Shown piece after piece: positions 57,367 to 64,000 of a DNA stretch of 64,000 nt. The number at the start of each line of letters is the position of its first letter. Position 1 is the stretch's first letter. The translations under genes were made by a program, and so were the position numbers. Source of the stretch: Vicinamibacteria bacterium (GTDB taxonomy: Bacteria; Acidobacteriota; Vicinamibacteria; Marinacidobacterales; Marinacidobacteraceae); the NCBI GenBank assembly GCA_965199715.1, contig OZ241322.1, positions 128,001 to 192,000 of the forward strand, written 5' to 3'. The notes beneath the pieces are model-generated. The model was not told the DNA's origin. It worked only from the letters and a program-made list of their open reading frames with translations, and did no database searches.

Positions 57367-59328
57367 CGTCCGGTACTTGTCGAACCAGGCCACGATGTTC
57401 TGGATTTTCGCGATCAACTGGCTCGGCCTGCGGCTCATGTCATGGGACGCGCCGGGCAGGCGGACGACCGCCGTGTCGATTCCCTGGAACTTCAGGGCGT
57501 GGAACAACTGGTAGCTCTCCGAGAGCGGGGTTCGCAGATCGTCGGCGCCGGTGAGGATCATCGTGGGGGTGGTGACGTTGCCGGCGAGCGAGAGCGGCGA
57601 GAACTTCCAGTAGGGCTCGGGGTTCTCCCACGGCAGGCCCTCGTAGCGGCTGAAGTAGTAGCCGTACCAGTTGTCCGCCGTGAGCGTCTTGCTGATCCAG
57701 TTGACCACCGGCTTCTGCGAGACCGCCGCCCGGAAGCGGTCGGTCTTGCCGACGATCCACGCGGTCAGGATGCCGCCGGCGCTGCCGCCGGTCACGAACA
57801 GGTTGTCCTCGTCCACGTAGCCGCGCCCGATCGCGGCGTCCACCCCCGACATCACGTCGTCGTAGTCGTTGCCGGGGTAGTTGCGATAAAGCAGGTCGCC
57901 GAACTCCTCGCCGTAGCTCGTGCTGCCGCGCGGGTTCGTGTAGAGGACGACGTATCCCGCCGCCGCCATGAGCTGCATCTCCGCCGAGAAGCGGTCGCCG
58001 TAGTTGGAGATGGGGCCCCCGTGGATCTCGAGGATGAGCGGGTACTTGCGGCTCGGGTCGAAGTCGGGCGGCTTCACGATCCAGCCGTGGACCGGCCTGC
58101 CGTCGAACGAGCTGTCCCACCACAGTTCCTCGACCTCGCCGAGCGTCCGCTGCGAGAGCAGGTCCTCGTTGAGCGAGGTGAGTTGCCGGACGGACTGCCC
58201 GGGAGCGCCGACCGAGAGTTCGCCGGGCATGCCCGGAGTGCTCTGGTTGAACGCGAACGCGCCGGTGTCCGCCACCGAGAACGAGCCGCCGCCGTAGGGC
58301 CGCCCGTAGGAGGTGCCGCCGAGGCTCTCGCCGAGGATCGCGACCTCGCCGTCGAGCGTCGTGAACGCGACCTTGGAGTTGCCCTCGTCGTCGTACTGGA
58401 AATAGATGCGGTGTCCGTCCGCCGCCCAGACCGGGTTCGATACGCTGCGGTCGAGGTCCTCGGTGACCACCCGCGCGCCGCTGCCGTCGAGGTTCATCAC
58501 GTGCAGGCGGCTCACCTGGTACGTCCGCACTCGGTCGTCGTAGCCCACGAACGCGACCTGGCTGCCGTCGGGAGAGACGGCGGGGCTGTGGTCGGGGCCG
58601 TTTCTCGTCGTCAGCGCCCGGATTTCGCCGCCGTCGATGGGGGCGAAGTAGAGCTCCGAGTTCCGGTAGTCCATGACCCAGTCCTCGTTGCGGTTCGCCG
58701 AGAACACGAGCCCCGCACCGTCCGCCGTCCACGCCGGCGCGCTCGCGTGGTGGAAGTCGCCGGTCGTGACCTGCCTCGGGGTGCCGCCCGAGACCGGGAG
58801 CACGAAGACGTGGCTGTAGCCGAAGTCGAGGTAGCCCACGCCGTCCTGCCGGCTCTTGAAGCGGTCCTCCATGATCGGCGGGTCGGCCCAGTCGGCGCCC
58901 GGCGGCGGGCGGGGCGGGGCGGCGAGCTGCGGGGCCGGGTAGGGGACCAGCATGTTGAACGCGATCCGCTCCCCGTCGGGCGACCAGCGGATGTTCCGGG
59001 GCGCCTCCAGAAGCTGCGTCAGCGTCGCCGATTCGCCCGTGTCCATCCAGCGCAACTGGATCTGGCCGCCCGAGCTGTACGCGAGGCGGGTTCCGTCCGG
59101 GGACCAGCGCGGCGAGGAGCCCTCGGCGAGGCGGCGGTGGCCGGTTCCGTCGGCCCCGACGATCCACAGCTCGGAGCGCCGCCGGTCGCGCATGACGTCC
59201 ATCGACGTCCGCACGTACGCGATCTCGGTCCCGTCGGGCGAGATCTGCGGGTCCGCGGCGAACTCCAGTTGGAACACGTCCATGGGCTGGAACGGGATGA
59301 GGGCGGCGAAAAGAAGGGCGCCGGTCAT
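57361..59328 (-). CDS. S9 family peptidase (acylaminoacyl-peptidase-like), paralog A
   Basis: PD40/TolB-like propeller, IHGGP, GGSAGG nucleophile, DLRTP, ASH. Confidence 0.92.
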   Translation of the reverse strand: MTGALLFAALIPFQPMDVFQLEFAADPQISPDGTEIAYVRTSMDVMRDRRRSELWIVGADGTGHRRLAEGSSPRWSPDGTRLAYSSGGQIQLRWMDTGESATLTQLLEAPRNIRWSPDGERIAFNMLVPYPAPQLAAPPRPPPGADWADPPIMEDRFKSRQDGVGYLDFGYSHVFVLPVSGGTPRQVTTGDFHHASAPAWTADGAGLVFSANRNEDWVMDYRNSELYFAPIDGGEIRALTTRNGPDHSPAVSPDGSQVAFVGYDDRVRTYQVSRLHVMNLDGSGARVVTEDLDRSVSNPVWAADGHRIYFQYDDEGNSKVAFTTLDGEVAILGESLGGTSYGRPYGGGSFSVADTGAFAFNQSTPGMPGELSVGAPGQSVRQLTSLNEDLLSQRTLGEVEELWWDSSFDGRPVHGWIVKPPDFDPSRKYPLILEIHGGPISNYGDRFSAEMQLMAAAGYVVLYTNPRGSTSYGEEFGDLLYRNYPGNDYDDVMSGVDAAIGRGYVDEDNLFVTGGSAGGILTAWIVGKTDRFRAAVSQKPVVNWISKTLTADNWYGYYFSRYEGLPWENPEPYWKFSPLSLAGNVTTPTMILTGADDLRTPLSESYQLFHALKFQGIDTAVVRLPGASHDMSRRPSQLIAKIQNIVAWFDKYRTE

Positions 59329-61295
59329 GGGTTGGTCTCCTGGTATGTCTTGAACCAGGCGAGCTGGTTCGCCACCTTGGCGATCAGTTGGCTCGGGCGG
59401 ACGCTCATGTCGTGCGACGCGCCGGGCACCCGCACGACCGCCGTGTCCACGCCCCGGAACTTCAGCGCGTGGAAGAGCTGGTACGACTCGGACAACGGCG
59501 TGCGCAGGTCCGCCGTGCCGGTGAGGATCATCGTCGGCGTGCTGACGTTCCCGGCGAGCGAGAGCGGCGAGAACTTCCAGTACGGCTCGGGGTCCTCCCA
59601 CGGGAGGCCCTCGTAGCGGTTGCCGAAGTAGCCGAACCAGTTGTCGGCGGTGAGGGTCTTGCTGATCCAGTTGATGACGGGCTTCTCGGAGACCGCCGCC
59701 CGGAAGCGGTCCGTCTTGCCGACGATCCACGCCGTCATGATCCCGCCGGCGCTGCCGCCGGTCACGAAGAGGTTGTCCTCGTCCACGTAGCCGCGCGCGA
59801 TCACCGCGTCCACGCCCGACATCAGGTCCTCGTAGTCGCCGCCCGGATAGGCGTGGTAGAGCAGGTCGCCGAACTCCTCGCCGTAGCTGGTGCTGCCCCT
59901 CGGGTTCGCGTACAGCACGACGTAGCCGGCCGCCGCGAACATCTGCATCTCGGCGGAGAAGCGGTCGCCGTAGTGGGCGATCGGTCCGCCGTGGATCTCG
60001 AGGATCAGCGGGTATTTCCGGGCCGGGTCGAAGCCGGGCGGCTTCACGATCCAGCCGTGGACGCTGCGTTTGTCGAAGGAGCTCTCCCAGCGGATCTCCT
60101 CGACCGCGCCGAGCTCGCGCCCGGCCAGCAGGTCCTCGTTCAGCGCGGTGAGCTTGCGCACGGCCTCGCCGGGGGCGCCGATCGCGACCTCGCCGGGTCG
60201 GTCGGGTCGGGTCCGGTTGAACGCGAACGAGCCGTCGTCCGCCACCGAGAACGAGCCGCTCGCGTAGGGAAGCCCCCACGAGCGCCCGCCGCCGCTCCCG
60301 CCGAGCGTCGCAACCTCGCCGTCGAGCGTCGTGAACGCGACCTTGGTGTTTCCCTCGTCGTCGTACTGGAAATAGATCCGGTGGCCGTCCGCCGCCCATA
60401 CCGGGTTCTTGACGCTGCGGTCGAGGCCGGCGGTCACCGTGCGCGCCTCGGACCCGTCCGCGTTCATCACCCGCAGCTCGCTGACCTGGTACGTCCGCAG
60501 CCGGTCCTCGTAGCCGACGTAGGCGATCCGCTGGCCGTCGGGCGAGACGGCGGGGCTGTGGTCGGGGCCGTTTCGGGTCGTCAGCGCGCGAATCCGGCCG
60601 CCGTCCACCGGCGCGACGTAGATCTCGGAGTTGCGGTAATCGCGCTCCCAGTCCGGCTTCCGGTTCGACGAGAAGACGAGCGCCGCGCCGTCGGGGGTCC
60701 ACGCCGCCGGGCCGGAGTGCTGGAAGTCGCCGTCGGTGACCTGGCGGGCCGAGCCGCCCTCCGCCGGGACGACGAAGACGTGATCGAACCCGAAGTCGAG
60801 GTAGCCCACCCCGTCCTGCCGGCTCTTGAAGCGGTCCTCCATGATCGCCGGCTCGGCCCACTCGGCCCCGGGCGGGGGACGCAGCGGGACGGCGAGCCTG
60901 GGCGGCGGATGCGGCACCAGCATCGTGAACGCGATCCACGCGCCGTCGGGCGACCAGCGCAGGTTCCGGGGCGGCTTTCCGAGCTGGGTCAGGACCGCCG
61001 ACGCGCCGTCGTCCATCCAGCGGAGGCGGATCTGGCCGTCGGCGACGTACGCGATGCGGGTTCCGTCGGGCGACCAGCGCGGCGACGTTCCCTCGTCGAG
61101 ACGGCGGTGCCCGTCGCCGCCCGCGTCCACGAGCCAGATCTCGGAGCGGCGGCGGTCGGTCATGAGGTCCATCGAGGCGCGGACGTAGGCGACCTGGCCG
61201 CCGCCGGGCGCGATCTGCGGGTCGGCCGCGAACTCGAGGCCGAAGACGTCCATGGGCTGGAACGGGATGAGTGCGGCGAGGAGGAGGCTGGTCAT
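59325..61295 (-). CDS. S9 family peptidase, paralog B
   Basis: Same motifs as paralog A; ATGA overlaps with both neighbours. Confidence 0.92.
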   Translation of the reverse strand: MTSLLLAALIPFQPMDVFGLEFAADPQIAPGGGQVAYVRASMDLMTDRRRSEIWLVDAGGDGHRRLDEGTSPRWSPDGTRIAYVADGQIRLRWMDDGASAVLTQLGKPPRNLRWSPDGAWIAFTMLVPHPPPRLAVPLRPPPGAEWAEPAIMEDRFKSRQDGVGYLDFGFDHVFVVPAEGGSARQVTDGDFQHSGPAAWTPDGAALVFSSNRKPDWERDYRNSEIYVAPVDGGRIRALTTRNGPDHSPAVSPDGQRIAYVGYEDRLRTYQVSELRVMNADGSEARTVTAGLDRSVKNPVWAADGHRIYFQYDDEGNTKVAFTTLDGEVATLGGSGGGRSWGLPYASGSFSVADDGSFAFNRTRPDRPGEVAIGAPGEAVRKLTALNEDLLAGRELGAVEEIRWESSFDKRSVHGWIVKPPGFDPARKYPLILEIHGGPIAHYGDRFSAEMQMFAAAGYVVLYANPRGSTSYGEEFGDLLYHAYPGGDYEDLMSGVDAVIARGYVDEDNLFVTGGSAGGIMTAWIVGKTDRFRAAVSEKPVINWISKTLTADNWFGYFGNRYEGLPWEDPEPYWKFSPLSLAGNVSTPTMILTGTADLRTPLSESYQLFHALKFRGVDTAVVRVPGASHDMSVRPSQLIAKVANQLAWFKTYQETNP

Positions 61296-62173
61296 GCGAG
61301 TCGGTAGGCGAGTTCGAGTGCGTCCACGGGCCAGTAGATCTCTGGACGACCGGGGGCGCGGCAGTTGAGGACGGAGTCGCGCCACTGGGCGGGGATCGCG
61401 TCGAGGCCGTGCACGGCTCCCAGCAGCGCGCCGGCGATCGCGGCGTTCGTGTCCGTGTCGCCGCCGCGCATCACCGTATCGACCACGCCCTCCTCGAGGG
61501 ATTCGGCGCAATGAAGTTGGCGGATCGCGTTGGGGAAGGCGATGAGCACCCAGCCCATCTGGTGGACGTAGTCGTCCGGCGGGGGTTCGAAGAGCCTCGC
61601 ATCGGCGTCATCTCCGAGCCGGCGCATCTCGGCGACGACGTCCTCCGGGCCGGCGCCGGTGTGGATCGCGAAGGCGATTCCGGCGGCGAAGAGCGCGCTC
61701 GCCTGAAGGCAGACCTCGTTCGGGTGGGTGATGGCGGCGTCCTCGCGCGCCCACGCCATCACGTCCGCCGCCTCGCGCCGGGCGCCGAAGATCCCGAGCG
61801 GGCTGATCCGCATGAGCGCCCCGTTCGCCTCGCTTCTCGGCTTCGAATAGCCGTTCAGCCCGGCGCGGATCGTGTTGCCGCAGTCGAAGGGGTCGGAATG
61901 CAGCCAAGCGACGTAGCCCCGCTTCACCGCCTCCCGGTCGAAGCGCTCCAGCTCGACGAGCGACCGCGCCAGCGTCAGCGCCATCTCCGAGTCGTCGGTC
62001 GGCTGGCCCGCGAGCGTGTCGTGCGTCCCGCCGTCGGCGAGCTCCCGCACCCCGTCCGGGTACTTCGCCCGGATGCTCCGCGGGGTCTCGAACTCGACGA
62101 GGCTGCCGAGCGAGTCGCCCGCGAGCTGCCCGAGCAGGCACCCGGCGGCGCGATCCTCGAACGATCCGGCCAT
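61292..62173 (-). CDS. ADP-ribosylglycohydrolase family protein
   Basis: GDSLG, PTDDSEM, ANGALMR, GGDTDTNAAIAGAL. Confidence 0.92.
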   Translation of the reverse strand: MAGSFEDRAAGCLLGQLAGDSLGSLVEFETPRSIRAKYPDGVRELADGGTHDTLAGQPTDDSEMALTLARSLVELERFDREAVKRGYVAWLHSDPFDCGNTIRAGLNGYSKPRSEANGALMRISPLGIFGARREAADVMAWAREDAAITHPNEVCLQASALFAAGIAFAIHTGAGPEDVVAEMRRLGDDADARLFEPPPDDYVHQMGWVLIAFPNAIRQLHCAESLEEGVVDTVMRGGDTDTNAAIAGALLGAVHGLDAIPAQWRDSVLNCRAPGRPEIYWPVDALELAYRLA

Positions 62174-62215
62174 GAACCGCTTGCGACTCTAGCACCCGAT
62201 AGACTTCCGGCCCCC

Positions 62216-63637
62216 GTGATCCGAGTTCCCGTCCTGCGCTGGGGCAAGCCCTACCGGAGCCTCGAAACGCAGACGGTCTCGCACTTCCTCACCGGCGAGC
62301 CGATCGCCGAGGTCGATCAGGCGAATCCGGGGATCGTGAAGCGCGACCTGCGCCGGGCCGCCCGGGCGCGGGCGGCGCTGCGGGAGTTCCCGATCCGGGA
62401 CTTGCTCGACCGCATGCGGGTCGCCGCCCGCCTCTACATGGAGGAGGAGCTTCCGTTCGGCGAAGGGACCCAGACGCCCGACGAGTTCGTCCACGCCCAG
62501 TCGGCGACCACGGGCCTCCCCGAGGCCATGTGCCGGGCGAACATGGAGAAGAACCGTTTCGTCCTCGAGCGGATGGAGCAGGTGCTCGACGCGCTCACCC
62601 GGGGCCTGGACCTCGAGGTGCTTTCGGCGGGGCACGGGGTCGAGGAGCGCGGGGTGCCGATCTCGTACCAGGCGCAGACCCCGGCGCTCGCCTGCGTCCT
62701 GCCCTCCAACTCGCCCGGCGTCCACACGCTGTGGCTGCCGGTGCTCCCGCTCCAGATCGGGCTGATCCTGAAGCCCGGGCCGGAGGAGCCGTGGACCCCC
62801 TTCCGCATGGCCGAGGCGTTCTTCCGGGCGGGGATCCCGCGCGAGGCCGTCGCCGTCTATCCCGGCGGCGCCGACGTGGGCGCGGCCGTGGTGGAGGCGT
62901 CGCCGCGCACGCTCATCTTCGGCAGCCGGGCGACCGTGGAGCGGTATCGGGGCGACCCGTCGGTGCAGGTGCATGGCCCGGGCTTCTCCAAGATCCTCCT
63001 CGGCGACGACATCGTGGACGACTGGCGGGACCACCTCCCCGTGCTGCTCGAGAGCGTTCTCCTGAACAGCGGGCGGAGCTGCATCTCCGCCTCGGGGATC
63101 TGGGCGTCGCGGCACACCGAGGAGATCGCGGGGGCGCTCGCCGAGTCCCTCGCCCCGGTCGCGCCCACGCCGCCCGACGAGTCGGACAGCCTGCTCGCCG
63201 CGTTCACCGTGCCCGGCATGGCCGAAGCCATCGACTGCGACATCGAGGAGCGGATCGCAGGCGGCGGGGCGACGGAGGCGACCGCGCCGCTGCGGGGCGG
63301 GCCGCGCCTCGTGACCGAGGGGCGCGCCTCGTGGCTGCGGCCCACGGTGGTCCACTGCGACGGCCCCGACGCGCCGGCGGCGAACGTGGAGTACATGTTC
63401 CCGTTCGTCTCGGTAGTGCGCTGCCCGCAGGAGGAGATGATCGGGCGCATCGGCGACACGCTGGTCGCGACCGCGATCACCGACGACCCGGACTTCCGCG
63501 CCGACCTCCTCGACACCACCTCGATCGACCGGCTCAACTTCGGCCCGGTCCCGACGACGAAGCTGAACTGGCTCCAGCCGCACGAGGGCAACATCCTCGA
63601 CGTGCTCTACCGGGCGCGCGCCTTCCAGTCCTTCTGA
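62216..63637 (+). CDS. Aldehyde dehydrogenase-fold reductase (GriD/LuxC-like)
   Basis: LPSNSPGVH, LKPG, HGPGFSK, NSGRSCISAS (catalytic Cys), EYMFPF; GTG start at 62216. Confidence 0.8.
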   Translation: MIRVPVLRWGKPYRSLETQTVSHFLTGEPIAEVDQANPGIVKRDLRRAARARAALREFPIRDLLDRMRVAARLYMEEELPFGEGTQTPDEFVHAQSATTGLPEAMCRANMEKNRFVLERMEQVLDALTRGLDLEVLSAGHGVEERGVPISYQAQTPALACVLPSNSPGVHTLWLPVLPLQIGLILKPGPEEPWTPFRMAEAFFRAGIPREAVAVYPGGADVGAAVVEASPRTLIFGSRATVERYRGDPSVQVHGPGFSKILLGDDIVDDWRDHLPVLLESVLLNSGRSCISASGIWASRHTEEIAGALAESLAPVAPTPPDESDSLLAAFTVPGMAEAIDCDIEERIAGGGATEATAPLRGGPRLVTEGRASWLRPTVVHCDGPDAPAANVEYMFPFVSVVRCPQEEMIGRIGDTLVATAITDDPDFRADLLDTTSIDRLNFGPVPTTKLNWLQPHEGNILDVLYRARAFQSF

Positions 63638-63638
63638 C

Positions 63639-64000
63639 GTGAGCGGCCGGGGCCTCGAGGTCTCCGGGCTGGTCCGGGAGTACCCGGTTCCCGGCGGCCT
63701 GCTGCGGGTGCTCGACCGGGTGGACCTGCGGCTCGATCCCGGCGACGCGGTCGCGGTGACCGGAAGCTCGGGCTGCGGCAAGAGCACGCTGCTGTTCGTG
63801 CTGGGGGCGCTTGAGGATCCGTCGCTCGGCGAGGTCCGCCTCGACGGGATCGACCCCCACGACCTGGCTCCCGACGACCAGGCCCGCTTCCGGCGCGACC
63901 GGATCGGCTTCGTGTTCCAGGACCACTGCCTGCTGCCGCAGTGCACCGCGCTCGAGAACGTGCTGGTTCCGACGCTGCCCGATCCTCGGCCCGACGACTC
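63639..64000 (+). CDS. ABC transporter ATP-binding protein (LolD-like), partial
   Basis: Walker A GSSGCGKST, IGFVFQDHCLLPQCTALENV; runs off the window. Confidence 0.9.
   Translation, partial: MSGRGLEVSGLVREYPVPGGLLRVLDRVDLRLDPGDAVAVTGSSGCGKSTLLFVLGALEDPSLGEVRLDGIDPHDLAPDDQARFRRDRIGFVFQDHCLLPQCTALENVLVPTLPDPRPDD

Noticed and set aside
57361-61295. Possible diversity-generating retroelement from the similar peptidase copies
   Set aside because: Both are full-length genes, differences are not adenine-specific, and no reverse transcriptase is present.
57274-63946. Long overlapping ORFs (e.g. 57274-59616, 59388-61307, 62189-63946, and the 1192-aa extension of peptidase A)
   Set aside because: Antisense or alternate-frame shadows of GC-rich genes; Arg/Gly/Pro-rich with no motifs.

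Overview
Very GC-rich bacterial DNA; the gene content (TAXI/TRAP transporter, S9 peptidases, spondin-domain lipoprotein, GriC/GriD-like pair) suggests an Acidobacteriota-like, possibly host-associated organism, but that is inference only. Positions 1-23 kb hold metabolic and transport genes, a probable selenoprotein (UPYC thiol-disulfide oxidoreductase) and two decayed accessory patches (PIN toxin plus two paralogous pseudogenes; an HTH-ImmA/IrrE pseudogene). Positions 23.4-57.2 kb hold a complete type I-G (I-U) CRISPR-Cas locus (cas3 with C-terminal HD, cas8u2, csb1/cas7, long csb2, cas4-cas1 fusion, cas2, leader) and a ~24.6 kb array of roughly 330 37-nt repeats. Positions 57.3-64 kb hold two tandem S9 peptidases, an ADP-ribosylglycohydrolase, an aldehyde-dehydrogenase-fold reductase and the start of an ABC ATPase. 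The most unusual signal is three unrelated 36-39 bp direct duplications, each flanking a 35-39 bp insert (period 74-77 bp, the same as a CRISPR repeat-spacer unit). They sit on gene boundaries at the cas3 start, the csb2 stop and just past the array end, and are candidate off-target Cas1-Cas2 integration scars (neo-CRISPRs) or regulatory mini-arrays.
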